Shown here piece after piece: positions 35,487 to 48,480 of a stretch of 64,000 bases of DNA. The position numbers were made by a program, and so were the translations under genes. Position 1 is the first letter of the stretch; each line of letters opens with the position of its first letter. The notes beneath the pieces were generated by a model. That model worked only from the letters and a program-made list of their open reading frames with translations. It ran no database searches and was not told the origin of the DNA. This stretch comes from Cyanophora paradoxa CCMP329 (taxonomy: Eukaryota > Plantae > Glaucophyta): assembly GCA_004431415.1 (NCBI GenBank), contig QPMI01000275.1, forward strand, positions 10,072-74,071, read 5' to 3'.

Positions 35487-37443
35487 TCACTCGGCCCAGG
35501 GCGGCCACCCCGCGGCGAACATCGCCTGGACCGCCGCGCTGGTCGCCGGCTCGCACTCGTACCCGTGCCTGGACGCCACCACCTTCAGGCGTACCCCCCT
35601 TCGAAGTCCCCGGAGGACCTGTCGGGGGCGGTCGGGCGGCGGAGGCAACGGAGGCGCCGGCCGGGGGTACGCGGATCGGACCTCGTAGGGGCGCAGGGGG
35701 AATCCAGGCGGGTCCATGTCGTAAGCGATGCGGAGGCGGCGGAGGGCGGGGAGGGCCAGGATCGCTTCCGCCTCGGCCTCGGTCAGGGGCCGGGCGACCT
35801 GCAGGTCCAGGTCCGCCAGAGTCCGCCGCGCGCCGGCCCCGGAGAGGAGCGCGGCGACCGCCGCCGGGCTCGCCCCGAAGCCTGCGGCGACGTCGATATC
35901 GATCAGCTCGCTCGCGCACAGAAGCAAAGCGAAGCGGGGCGGGGGGCGCGCACATCTAACGCGGAGCGCGAGCCTCTGGAGCCTGGGGAGGGCGTCCAGG
36001 GCGTCGCCCAGGGCGTGCATAGCCGGCTCCGTCAACTCCTCCGCGAGCTCAGAGTGCCCGTCGAAGTGCAGGGTCGCCTCCCGCAGGCCCGCGGCGCGCC
36101 CGAGGGCCAGGATATCCTCCGGCTCCAGCTGGCCGCAGCCGAGCTGCGAAGGAAGGGACCTCGAGCGAGGGGCGTACGGGTACGAGATTCGGGGCGGGGA
36201 ACGGAGGCACCTCGAGCGCCAGGATCGTCTCCAGGCTCGGCATGCGGCTCAGCGCGGCCAGGGCGGCCCCCGTGAGCGAAGAACCCGAGGGACGGGCGTC
36301 CGCCGAGCGCCTCGGGAACTGGCCCGCCCTAGATCCGCAGTAGGGTGAGAGGACGGGCCGGGAGGGGCGCGGCGGGAGAGGGGACCGGTCACCTGAACGG
36401 CCCGCGTACGCAGTCGATGGCGATGCTGCGGAGGTCCCTCCCCGTGGCGCTGCCAGCGAGGGCCTCCACTGCTTCCGTGTACTCCCAGTGATTGGGCCAC
36501 ATAAGGGCCAGCTCCCTAAGGCGCGCGAGGGGCGCGAGGGCGGCCAGCACGCCCCGCGCGGAGTCCCGGTGCGGTCGGAAGCTGAGCGAGCGGAGGAGCG
36601 GGCAGGCGGCGGCGAGGGCGGCCGCTTCCTCCGGGCCGGCCCCGTCGTTGAGGTCGTCGAAGAAAAGGACGAGCGACTCCAGGCCGCCGAAGGGGGCGAG
36701 GGCGGCCCGCAGCTCGGCGGGCTCCGGCCACGCCAGCGACGCCGACCAGCACGAGAACCACTTGTTGAGGCCGATGCTGAGGCTCTGCAGGCCGCTGGGC
36801 GCGCCCCCCGGCGGCGCCAGCGCCCGCAGCAAGTCGAGGAGGAAGTCTCGAAGGAAGCTGCGGTCGCGGAAGTAGCTGCAGGACGAGTCGTCGTCGTCTT
36901 CGGCCATGGCGTGGCCGTACGCTCGCACCAGCTCGACGGTAACCTGGGCGGGGCCTCCGCGGACGACGCCCGAGAGCACCGCGCACGCTGCTGCCAGCGC
37001 GCGCCGGTGGCTGTACTTCGTCGCACTGCCGGACACGAGCTCCAGCCTGAGCGAGACGCTGGCGCCGCCGCCGCAGCGCAGCGTTCCCTCCTCGAAGAGC
37101 GCCAGTGCGGCATCGCACGCGTACACGCTCTCGACGGAGGGCTTCGCCGGCTTGAGCCGGAGCTCGACGCAGGACCATTCCGTCTCCTCGACCACCTGCC
37201 GCCACCGCCTGCGATCCAGCGCGCTTAGCTACGCGCGGGAAGAGCAACGCCGCCGCGGAGCGGTGCGGACCTGCACACGCGGCGCAGCGGCCAGCTCGCC
37301 TGCACGCCGAGCGCTTTGAAGACGTCGCTCATAATCGCGTCTGGCAGGGCATCGAAAGGCCCCGCCGCTTGGGAGGCAGGAGCAACCTCTATTTGAATGC
37401 AGGCCCGCTTCGCTGCGCGCTCTTCCGAAAGTTCCGACGCCAT
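35487..37443 (-). CDS. F-box / LRR-like (RNI-like) protein, paralogue A
   Basis: F-box FDALPDAIMSDVFKALGVQASWPLRRVCR|RWRQVVEETEW. Leu-rich repeats LQSLSIGL, LESLVLFF, ACPLLRSLSF, LPRLQRLAL, LPALRRLRI. Confidence 0.85.
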
Positions 37444-37697
37444 CGATAATCTCGATCTAAATCTGCAGCGGTCGCTGACAGATTCGCTGTGCTCAGCTGC
37501 GCATGCGTCGATCGTGTACGCATCAGCGGTCGACTGTATATGTACCCCCATCCCACAACTATCCCGTACCCCCCAACTGGCGTGTGCGTACCCCCCTGCA
37601 CGACGTCGTACGCGTCGTCGTCGACGAGCTCGGACGCCCCCGTCGCTGCTCTTAAAGAACATCCATAGCACTTCTTGTTTGGGTTCAAGGTCTGAGA

Positions 37698-37701
<4 letters not shown>

Positions 37702-37745
<44 letters not shown>

Positions 37746-37746
37746 G
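37702..37746. repeat. (GA)n microsatellite
   Basis: About 20 GA units. Confidence 0.95.
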
Positions 37747-37781
37747 GTTAGAGATGAAGGGGCCGGGAAAGGGGGCTACAG

Positions 37782-40209
37782 CTACAGGGCAGGATCCAGG
37801 GGGAGGGGCGCGGCCTCGCCCCACTCGGGGGCCGGGGCGCCGTCGACGCCCTGGCCCTGGCCCGAGGGGCGGCAGCAGCACGGGGAGGAGCAGCAGACGC
37901 AGACGAGCGCCGCGCTGCACATCCCGCAGCACTGCGGGTCCGAGGCCACCCGGACGGCCGCGTCACGCAGGCACCCCAGGCACCCCGCAGTCTTCGTACC
38001 CCTCCCGCCGCCGCTGCCCTCGCACGCCTCGGGCCCGCACCCACCGCAGGTCTCCTCCGCAGCCGGCGGCGGCGGCGGGGCCTGCACGCCCCGGCTCAGA
38101 AGCAAGGGGGGGGGGAGCCAGGGAGGGGGCGTACCCCCCCGGGCCCGAAGAGATCAGCCCAGCCGCCCCGCGCGTCGTCGCCCCCCGGCGGCTGCGGGGC
38201 GCCCCTCAGCGGCCGCCGGCGCCCGCCGCCCCGCGCGCCCCGCCGTCGCCTGCCTTCAGAGCCGGGAACAGCGCGTAGACGTGCGCCCTCGCCGCCAGGT
38301 TGATCTGTACCCCCCGACTCAGGCTCGAAAGGGGCCCCGCGCGGAATCGACCCCGCACCGCGTCGATGACCCGCGCGTGCTCGGACATCGGCAGACCGTC
38401 CACGGATCGCTCCCGCCTGCCGCAGGCCAGGGATCGGCGGAGGCGGGTAGAGGAAGGGAAGGGGGGTACGCACTTCCCGGCGGCGCCGTCCACCGCGCCC
38501 TCGTACACCGCCGCGTCCACGAGGTGCTCCTCGATCTGAAGAAAGCGTACCCCCCGTTGGCCGGGGGTACGCGGATCGGCGGCGCGGGCCCGCTCGCCTT
38601 AGGCTGCATGAGGAGAGAGGGCGCCGGGAACGGGTTCGGCGGCGGTCCTGCGGTACCCCCCTCAGGGCGTGCGCGGGGGTTCGAATCCGGAGGGGCCGCA
38701 CCGCCGACGGCGAGGTGGGCAAGAACGTAGAGGCCCGCGCACACCGCGTAGCCCCCCCTGCGCGACAGTCGGACCTCGGCAGGGGGGGGGAAGGCTGGGG
38801 GGTACCAGTTTGAAACGCCCGCGACGATGAGTGAGTCCGTCGCGACTGCGCAGCGGATGCGCTCTCCGTGGTTCACGTGTTGCGCCACCTGGGGTACAGA
38901 AATCAGCGGGGACCTTCCTCTCCGGGGTACGTAGTAAAGGAAAGGGGAGCGGGGTACGGCACCAGGTCGGAGACGCGGCCCATGCCGATCTCGTTGCCGC
39001 CGTCGCCGATGCCGCTCGTCCCGATGGGGTCCCACCCCTCCGCCGCCTGCCGCGACCGTACCCGTCCATTCAGCCCGCCGCGAAGCCCGCGCGGAGGGGT
39101 ACGGGCCAAGTTCCACCGTACCCGCTGCTTCGCCAGAGTGAAGAGGCGGTCGGTTCGGCCGCAGTATTTCGTGATGTCCTCCCCCCGCATGTTGTAGCAC
39201 CGCCCGTCGTGGGAGGGCCTGGGGCGGGGGTTCAGAGGGGGGAAAGGAGGCGAGGGGAGGGGGGTACAGTGCGCACCCGACGCGCTCGATGGATATGAGG
39301 TGGTCGATGTGCCGGGGGCGGCCCTTCTTCCCCGAGGGGGGGGAAGAGGCCTCGGACCTCCCGGCCGGCCGCGCCGGGAGCGCGTACCCGTTCTCCCGCG
39401 GGCTCCGCTTCCTCCCCCCGTCCCCTTCCCGGTCCCCCCCCGCCGCCGCCTCCGCCCCATCCTCGAGAGCCGGACCCGGCTCCGGGGCGTACAGCAGCCT
39501 CTCCACAAATTGATCCAGGGCGTCGCCCTCCACAAAGTTTGGGTCCCTGCCCGCCCGCCCGCCCGCGTCAGGCGAGGCGCGGCGCGGCGCGCGCGTGCCG
39601 CACTCAGGGCAGGGAAATATGGCGATGTCCTCGATCTTGCCCATCAGATCCATCTTTTCCGCACACGCCCGGACAACGGGCTCGTTCAGCCGGTCTGCGG
39701 GTCGTGTTGGGCCGGGCGGCCGGCCTGAGAGAGCATCGCAGGGGGCCGCCCGCGCGGCGCTCACCCGTAAACAGCGTCACCTTGCGGTTCAGACGGACCA
39801 GCGCGTTCGCCCTGCGCTCCGGATCCCGGTGAGCGGCGACGCTCTCCCGCGGCTAAGGGCGCAGACGTACATGGCCACGGCACCTGGCGGCCCGTCCCTG
39901 CAGACGCAACGTTGAGCAGAGGTCACGGTCAGACGGACGGACAGCCTCAGATCGGCGCGAACGCGCAAGGACTCGTACGCACGTTTCGCCCGCTCCGCAC
40001 CGCCAGATGTAGAATCCTGTGACGATGCCGATGTGCTTGCTGCTGATCATCTGCCGGCAGGCGTTCTCGAACTCGCCGGGCCGCACGAGGTTTGTGATGC
40101 CGCGCTTGCCGGGGTCCGCCGAAATGATCCGCTCGATCTCCTCGAACGCGCTCGCAGGCGCCTCGGGCGCAGCATCCGGCGCCGTCGCAGCTTCTTCGCC
40201 GACCGTCAT
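37782..40209 (-). CDS. DUF4392 / D-glutamate cyclase C-terminal-domain-like protein with a Cys-rich tail, multi-exon
   Basis: DPGKRGI, IGIVTGF...GETDGPPGA, HLISIERVG...DGRCYNMRGEDI, GIGDGGNEIGMG, LIVAGVSNWGGYA, GAVDG...SVDGLP. These are the hallmark motifs of this family. Confidence 0.88.
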
Positions 40210-40882
40210 CGCCACAAATACCTGTACCCGGAGCTGACCAATGGAACCGAATTCGAATTCGAATTCGAATTCGAATTCGGAAAGCGGGCCGCCGGCGCCT
40301 GTCTAGCTCAAGGCTCAAGCATCGAACGCGAGCTCGGATCCGGACAAGCGAGCTCGGGTGAAGCGAAGCGTGCGCCAGGTGCATGCGCACGGCATCGACG
40401 TCGGATCAAATTTGCCGTCGGCGTCGGATCAAATTTGCCGCTGACGGCAGTGATCATGAGCGGCGCAGCACGCGCTAGCTCGCTCGCGCTTGAGCTCGAG
40501 CTTGATCGAGCCATCTATAGCTGAGCGTCCGGATGCCGTACCCGATCGTGAATTCAATAAATGCACGGCGCGCCGCGGCGCGCGGTTAAACGTAGCAGAC
40601 TGAACGAGGATCGATTTCGAGATACAAGAGAAGGGCAACATGTAATAAACTAGAATACAAATTTGACTGCGCATCTAGGACTGAGGCCTAGGGAGTACAA
40701 GCAGCTTGATGCTGCGTGGACGTTTCTACAATTGAAAAAAGCGACACCTAGAGCTCCCGGAGCTAACTTAAGGGTGCCGATATGTCTGAAATGAAAGCAA
40801 GTACCTTTGTATGAGGACTAAATTAAGGGAGCGAAAAAAGCGAACTCGGAAGAGCAAAGACTAGACAGGAGGGATCACTTAA

Positions 40883-43195
40883 TTACAGGGAGTTGGCCGT
40901 GTTCGGAGCAAAGGTCACCGAGGGCGCGGCGACGACGGGCTGGGCGGGTGCCGCCCCCGAGGGGTAGGCGTCGCCCCTGCGAATCGAGTCGCCGGCCGCG
41001 GCAAAGCCGGCTCGGTGGTTGAGGGCGGGGCCGTCGGGCGTGGCGAGGAACGCGGCGCCCGAGTGCGTGCTCCACATCTCGCCCTTGGCCACGCTCCACT
41101 CGCCGCCGGGGTGCATGCTCGTCCCGGCCGACGTCGGCGCCGGCTCGATGGGCGCGTGGGGCACCTCGGGGCGGCCGCGGACGAAGCCGCCCGAGTTCCA
41201 CATCGAGGCCCCGCCGAGCTCGGGGAAGCTGACGCAGGCGAGGGAGAAGGGGACGATGAAGACGAAGCAGCCGAGGACCGTGTACGCGTCCATGTAGCTC
41301 AGCGGCTTGAAGAGCTGCAGCGTCAAGATGGCCCCCGCGTTGCCGCCCGCCCCGATCAGACCCGACGCCGCCCCCAGGCCCTTGGGGTTGAGGTACGGCA
41401 CGCAGCCGAACGTCGTCCCGCACGACATCTGCCGCCCCGCGCGTCGGCGCGCCGCGATCGCAGCGCCGCGCAGGGGCGGGGGCGGGGGCGGTCCGCACCT
41501 GGCACCAGTACGAGAAGATGAGCATGAAGAAGAACGAGGCCACGACGTTCTCCATGCGGGCGAATATGACAAGGAAGATGCCCTCCAAGACGATGCCGAG
41601 CCACATGAGCCAGAGGCGGCCGCGCATGCCCCAGCGCTTGGCGCAGATGTCGGAGAACTTGCCGCCGGACCAGCGCGAGAAGATGTTCATGAGGCCGAAC
41701 GCCGACGCCGCCGCCCCCGCCTGCACCTTGTCGAACTTGAAGTGGTCCGCGTAGAACTCGGGGAACGTGCTGCGCGCCCCCCGACGTCAGCGCCGCGCGG
41801 CGGGAGGGCGGGCGGGGCGAGGCGCGGGCGCCTGACCTGTCGATGGTGAGCTCGATGCCGAAGCAGACGGCGTAGTTGAGGGCGAAGATGTAGGTGCGGT
41901 AGTCCGACAGCGCGATCTTGACCGCCGCCTTCGTATCCACCTTGGGCTTGAGGCCCTTCTTCTCAAGGTCGCGGTAGTTCCCGTCCGGCAGGTCGCGGGT
42001 GAACAGGATCACGCAGATGCCCGTCACGATCGCCACCACGCCGGGGATGATCATCGTCAGGCGCCACTGCCTGCGCCGCCCGGAGCGTCGGCCGGGCCGG
42101 GCGCGGTGCGGCCGGGGCGCGGCGCACATGTGCGGGGTGTAGCCGTAGTTGGAGAACGAGTTCATGATGACGGGCATGAGGAGGTGCGTGGTGCCGCCGC
42201 CCATGTTGCCCCAGCCGGCCGAGAGCGCGTTCACCTCGCCCACCACGTTCTTCGCGAACATGAACGACACTGCGCGCCGCCGCGTCAGCGCACCGCGGCT
42301 GCGGCCGCAGGCGCGGCGCGGCGCCCGGCGCACTGTGGTACTGTGTCGGCACGAAGGCGGCGCCGATCTGCGGGCAGCGGGCGTGAGCCTCGGAGGGTGG
42401 TGGCGGGCGCGGGCGGGGGGCGCGGGCGGCGCACGAAGGAGATGAACCAGCGGACGGCGACGTATCCGCTGTACGACGTGGCGAGGCCGGCGAGCGCGAC
42501 GGGAATGCCGCCGAAGAAGAGGACGAAGCCCTGCCCGTAGCGCGGCCCGAACTGCAGCGCCGGTCAGGCCCGGCGGGGCGGGGCGGGGCGGGGCGGGACG
42601 GGCGGCGGCGCGCCTTGTCGCAGACGACGCCCATCACGATGCGGGCCAGGATGGTGCCGGCGACGCCGATCGAGTTGGCGTCGGCCATCTGCGCCGGCGT
42701 GAAGCCCATGTCCTTGCGGATCGTCGTCGCCATCTGCGGCCCCGCCCGTCAGCGGCCGCGGCGCCGGCGGGCCCGGGCGTGGGCTGGGGAGAGGGGCTGA
42801 CCGCAGGGATGGCAAACCACGCGTTGAAGCACACGAAGAAAGCGATCGTCTCCCACCAGAGCGCGCGCACTGCGGGCCGCACGGTCAGCGTCGGCATCGC
42901 GGCGGGCAGCGCGGCCGCGACCGCGGCGCGGGTTGGGGCGTCGAGCGCGGGGCTCACTATGCGGCTGGGCGAAGGAGAGGAGGTTGTACGTGGTGGCCTT
43001 GCCATCGGCATTGGTCGGCAGCTTGTACTTCTTCGGCTGAGTTGCGGCGGAGGGCATCGGCAGCTCTTGCACGTCGGAGCTGGAGGCGGAGGGAGAGTCT
43101 GAGATCTTCTTAACTTTCTCCTCGAACATCGGCGGCCGCTGGCTCTCTACGTGCATCGCCGGCAGCTCGATCGGGGCACTCGCATTCGGCGCCAT
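40883..43195 (-). CDS. NRT2: High-affinity nitrate transporter NRT2, copy 2 (inverted relative to copy 1)
   Basis: Same exon/intron structure and nearly identical core peptide to 23326-25630. N-terminus (MAPNASAPIELPAMH...) and C-terminal tail differ. Stop TAA at 40883. Confidence 0.96.
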
Positions 43196-43629
43196 GCTGT
43201 GAACGCTAGGGCGCTCTACTCTGAGCTAGGAAGCCCTGCGCCTGAGGGACCGGTCCGATGTATGCGCACGATGGACTTCGACTTCGGCGCGAGAATGTGC
43301 GAGTGCTGGACTTCTGCCGGTAGTCGTTCTCGGACCCGGCTGCAGAAGCGACAAGAGTCGCGACTCGCGACTCGACGCTGGGGGCAGGCAGCTGTGCGGG
43401 CGGCAGCATCGCTTCAAAACTGCTCAGCTGCGACTCGGCAAAAGGGCGGCGACCCGAGCAAAAGCTTAAGGGCCGCGACTCGGTCGTTCCCGCTGGGCTT
43501 GCTGCTCCTCTGTCCCTTCAAGAACGAAGCTGACCGGGATCCGAACCCGCGGCCACCAGCTGGGGTACAGGCCAGCGCGACGGTGGCTCTGCCGGGAGCA
43601 GTGCAAGCAGTGCGACTTGAATCTGAACG

Positions 43630-45729
43630 ATGTCGGGAGGACGTGCCAAGAAGCGGGCCCGCGTCAAAGAACCAGAACCAGCAGCCGAGGCGGCGCAGCA
43701 TGGCGCGGCTGCATCTGCATCAGCCGCGCAAGCGGCTGGAGTGCTAGACGCACTGCCGGACGCGTTGCTGGGAGACATCTTCAGGGCGCTGGGGCCGCGG
43801 GCGAGCTGGCCCCTGCGCGGCGTGTGCAGGTGCTTTTACCCCGCAGCCGCGCGCGCCGCGCGACGCACGCGCGGCCGCGGCTGGTTGCTTTCTCTTCGTA
43901 GCTAACTGTTCGAGGGCGCAGTCGATGGCAGCGCCTAGTCGAGGAGACGGATTGGGCCAGCGTCGAGCTGCAGATGGATGGCGGGAGAGCCGGCGACTGG
44001 GCGGCCGCGGGCGGCGTGCCCAAGCCGCGACGCAAGGCCGCAGCGAGCGAACGAAGCGGCGAGCGCGCTTTCAGCCGCGTGTCAACGCTCCTCGAGGAGA
44101 GAAGGCTACGGCTCGTCGGCGGCGGCAGCGTCGCGCTCCGGGCGGAGCTCCCCCGCCGGGCGATCTCGGCTCCACAGAGTGGGAAGAAGGGCAGAGCCGC
44201 TGATGCCGAGCTAAAGCGGAGCCACCAGCTCGCAGCGGCGGCGGCCTGCCGGCTCCTGGCCGTCGCCGCGTCCAGCGGCGTCGGACCAGCGCCGGCGCGG
44301 CCGCGCGAGGTGGTCATCGAGCTCTCGAGAAGAGACGGGCTGCTCATTGGCGTCAACGACGACGTGGACTTCGTTCGCACCTTCCTGCTCGACTTGCTGC
44401 GGGCGCTGGCGCCGCCGGGGGACGTGCCCAGCGGCCTCCAGAGCCTCAGCGTCGGCTGCAACGTCGAGCCGGAGCGCTACAGCCGCCAGGAGTGGCTCCC
44501 GTGGCCCGCGCCCGCCGAGCTCCAGCCCGCCCTCGCCCCCTTCGGCCAGCTCCGCTCCCTCGACCTCTTCTTCGGGCCCCTCGACGAAGGGATCACGAAG
44601 GAGGCGGCGGCGGTCGTCGCGGCCGCCTGCCCGCTCCTCGCCTCGCTCAGCGTCCGCCCGAGGCCCATGGCAGTCGCGCCCGTGCTGGCGGCGCTGGCGC
44701 CGCTGGCGCACCTGCAAAACCTCGCAGTCCTCGTGGGCCACCCGCACATCTGCGACGCTGTCGCCTTCGGCATCGTGACCATCGCCGGCGGCGCCGCCGG
44801 CAAGAGCCTTAGGAGCCTCGCCTTCCTCCCCGAGACCGAAGTCTACGCGTGCGTTCCGTATTGAGCCCCGCGGATCAATCAAATCTCTGACGGCGGGCGC
44901 GCGGGGCCGGCAGGCAGGGCGCATTCCCGAGGCGCAAAGAGCGCATCAAGAACCACCTCTTCGAAGCCTCGGACGACGCCCTGCTCGCCCTCGGCAGCAT
45001 GCCACACCTCGAATCCGTCAGAACGCTCTTCGTGCGCACGCACGCGCTCGAAGTCGATCGGCGCCTTGCGCTGTACCCCGCTGAACGAACCCCCCGCAGC
45101 TCACGTGCTCGGACGTGAAGAAGGCGGCCGTCCTCGCCCTGGGCCGCTCCGCGAGCCTCCGGGAGCTCCACGTCTTCCTCTACGCGAACGAAGTGAAGCA
45201 CGCGCGGGCCCTGGCGGAGGCCCTCACCGCGCTGCCCCGCATCGAGCGGCTCTTCCTCGAGCTCTCCTGTGCGCCGCTCTCTCTTTCAAACTCTGCGCTT
45301 CGTTTCTCACACACGGGCGGGAGCAGGCAGCGACGCGGGTCCCGGGGCCCGCGACGCTCTTGCGTTCCTCCGGAGCGCCGGCGCGCGGCGCGCCCTGACG
45401 GACCTGCGCCTCATCGTCTACGAGCCGGTCTCTGAGGCCCTGGCGGAGGCCCTCGCCGCGCTGCCGGCCCTCCGCCGCCTCGAGGTGGCGGCGCACCCCG
45501 TCTGCTGGCCGGTCCAGGGGGCCCTTCCCCCCCGCCCCCGCGAGGTGCGCGCCCCGGGCCCCGCCTCCGCTCCCCTCGGCTCATGTGAGCCCACGTGTGC
45601 AGATCCTCGGCCGCCTGCGGCCGGACGTGGCTGTGACGGTATGCGCCTTTTAACGAGACGGCGGGGGCGTGTGCGGTCTCGCGATTTCCCGCATCTTGCC
45701 GCCCTCCTCCCTTCTAGGCTACTCGCTAG
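43630..45729 (+). CDS. F-box / LRR-like protein, paralogue B (3' end approximate)
   Basis: LDALPDALLGDIFRALGPRASWPLRGVCS|RWQRLVEETDW, LQSLSVGC, ACPLLASLSV, LPRIERLFL, LPALRRLEV. Confidence 0.83.
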
Positions 45730-45979
45730 GCCCTCTTTCTCGGGCTCGAGCTCGCTACATATACTCGCTTTTTGTGGACCTGAATCGCAAGGGGTCACTG
45801 AGGAGCCGGGGGCACCGCAGCACGGGTACCGGTGGAGGGCGAGGGAGGAGAAGGGGAGGGGGGCAGGCTCGCGCGCTGCCAGAGGGTCGGAAACCAGGAG
45901 CCGGGAGCGAACTTCAAGCTTTGGTTGCGGAGAGCGCAGAGGGGCGGAGCGGGGCGGAAGGCGGGCGCCGCCGCCACCG

Positions 45980-48233
45980 CTATGCCGGCCCCGGGGGCAG
46001 CAGCCGGGAGCGGCCCCGGGGACCCGGGCCCAGGCCCAGGGCGCCCTCGGCGGCGAGGTGGGCGCTCTCGAAGGCGGCGCCGTCCATTCCCCCGTTCGAG
46101 AACTGCGCCTCGACCTGTACCCCCGCCCGCAAGCGCCCCCCGAGCAGCTGGCGGAGAGGTAGCCGTGAAGGGGGGCGGGCAAGCGAGGAGGGGGGGTACC
46201 GGGCACCTGGAAGGGGCGGGCGGAGGCGGGGGCGGGGGCGTCGAGGCGGGAGGCGAGGCGGAGGCGCCGCAGGGCCGGCAGCGCCGCGATGGCGGACGCC
46301 TCTGCCTCGGAGAGGGGCCGCCGGGGGGCCTCCAGCTCCAGGGCGGAGAGGGCCCGGCGCACGCCGGCGGCGCCGAGGAACGCCGCGATCTCCTCCCCGC
46401 TCGTCTCGAAGCCTGCGCGAGGGCAGGCGTCGACTCGACTTCGGAGGGCGGCGGCGGGGCCCTCGTCCAGCGCACAGGTCCAGGCCAGCGCGAGTGAGGC
46501 GAGGTTGGGCAGGCCCTCGATCGCCTCGGCGACGGCGCGCAGGGCGGGGGCGGGCCAGCTGGGGGCCGGCGCCAGCTCGAGCCGCGCCACGGCCCGCCGC
46601 GCGGCGGCGCCGCAGAGGAAGGCGGCGACGTCGGCGGCCGGCGTTCCGGCGCGGGCGTCCAGGCGCAGCTGGAGCCTGACCAGCCGCGGCAGGCCGGACA
46701 GCGCCCCCGCCGCGGCGCGCAGGGCCTCCGCGGTGCGGGCGGCGTTGGCGCCGCCGACCAGCTCCAGGAAGACCTCGCAGAGGCCCCGCAAGGACGAAAG
46801 GGCCCCCGCGGCCTGCGCCGCGTCGTGGCGGTACGCGTTGATCTGCGGGCGCGTCGCGATCGCGCGTCGGCGCGAGCGAGCAGAGCGGAGCGGAGCGGAG
46901 CCCAGCCCATGCTAGCTAGCCCAAGACACGTGCCGGCCTCAGCGCGGGGGCGGGGCGCGCGGGGCGAGCGCACCCGCAGCGGCGAAAAAGACTCGAGGCT
47001 GGGCATGCGGGCCAGGGCGGCGAGGCCCGGCGCGGCAAGGGCCGCGGCAAGGGCCGGGCGCGCGTCCGGCGACGGGTGCGGGAAGGACGACTCGGCCCCT
47101 CCGCCGCTGCGCAAGAAGTGAGGCAGAAGGAAGAAGAAGGAGGAGGGGGGACGCCCGCCGCGCACTCGAAGACGGACGAGTCGAAGAAGGCGAGGCTCCT
47201 GAGGCTCCGCCCGGCGGGCCCGTCCGCCAGCGCCGCGAGGCCGTCCTCGACGGGGCCGTCCGCCGGCTCGTGGAGGGCGGCGAGGCGCTCGAGCCGGGAG
47301 AGGGGCGACAGGGCCGCCAGCGCCGCCGAGGTCGACGCCCGGGCGCAGAGGGACCGGAGGAGCGGGCAGGCGGCGGCGAGGGCCGCCGCGCACTCGGCGG
47401 GGAGCGCGGCCGAGTTGCGGAACGAGAGGGTCAGGGAGCGGAGCTGGGCGAAGGGCGCGAGGGCGGCCCGCAGCTCGGCGGCCGGCGGCCACAGGAGCGG
47501 CGGCGGCCGCTGGCTGGGCGGCTCCGCGTGTACGCCGACGCTGAGGCTCTGCAGGGCGCTGGGGGCGCCCCCCGGCGGCGGCGCCAGCGCCCGCAGCGCT
47601 CCGAGCAGGCACAGGCGGAGGAACTCGCTGTCGCGCCCGAAGCCTTCGACTTCGTCGCCGGCGTCAGCGGACCCGAGAAACTCGACGACCACGTGACCCG
47701 GCTGCGCCGGGCCGCCGTGGCTGCGGGCGACGGCCGCTAGCAGGCTGCACGTCGCCGCCGCCGTGCGCCGGTGGCCGTCCCGCGCCGCGCGGGAGCAGAA
47801 CTCGGACAGCCACGGGCGGACTGCGACGCTGGCGCCCCCGCGGAGCCGCAGCCGCCTCCTCTCGAACAGGGCCGAAGCCGCCTCGAGGACACGATCGCAG
47901 GCTGCGCTGCACGCTTCGCTGAAGCGCAGCTCGAAGCTCGCCCACTCCGTCTCCTCCACCACGCGCCTCCATCGTCTGCGATGATCGCGTGCTAAGCTAG
48001 AGGCTGCGGCGAGGGGTTAAAGCGCACCTGCAGACGCCGCGCAGGGGCCAGCTCTCTCGCGGCCCGAGCGCCCTGAAGACGTCGCCCAGCAACGCGTCCG
48101 GCAGTGCGTCTAGCGCTCCTGCCGCTTGCAAAGGCGAGGCTGATGCGGATGCAGCCGCGCCATGCTGCGCCGCCTCGGCTGCTGGCTCCGGTTCTTCGAC
48201 GCGGGCCCGCTTCTTGGCACGTCCTCCCGACAT
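45980..48233 (-). CDS. F-box / LRR-like protein, paralogue C
   Basis: LDALPDALLGDVFRALGPRESWPLRGVCR|RWRRVVEETEW, LQSLSVGV, ACPLLRSLC, LPRLVRLQL, LPNLASLAL, LPALRRLRL. Stop TAG at 45980. Confidence 0.85.
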
Positions 48234-48480
48234 CAGTCGCTGTTCATGAAAGATCTGCGGCTCTAGCTCGCGGTCAGCTAGCGTCGACGTCAGCGCGGGT
48301 CGGCGCGCTGGCGCCGCGCGCGCTGCAGTGCGCATGCGGGCGCGGGCGCACTTGTGGGGCGGGATCGCGCCGCCTGCGTCGTCAGAAGGCATCGATCGGC
48401 TGCGCCAGCTTTAGCGCGTAGCTTTCCGCTGCTTCGCCAGGGAGGGGTACGTATACGTTTGCTGACCTGCATCGATATCG

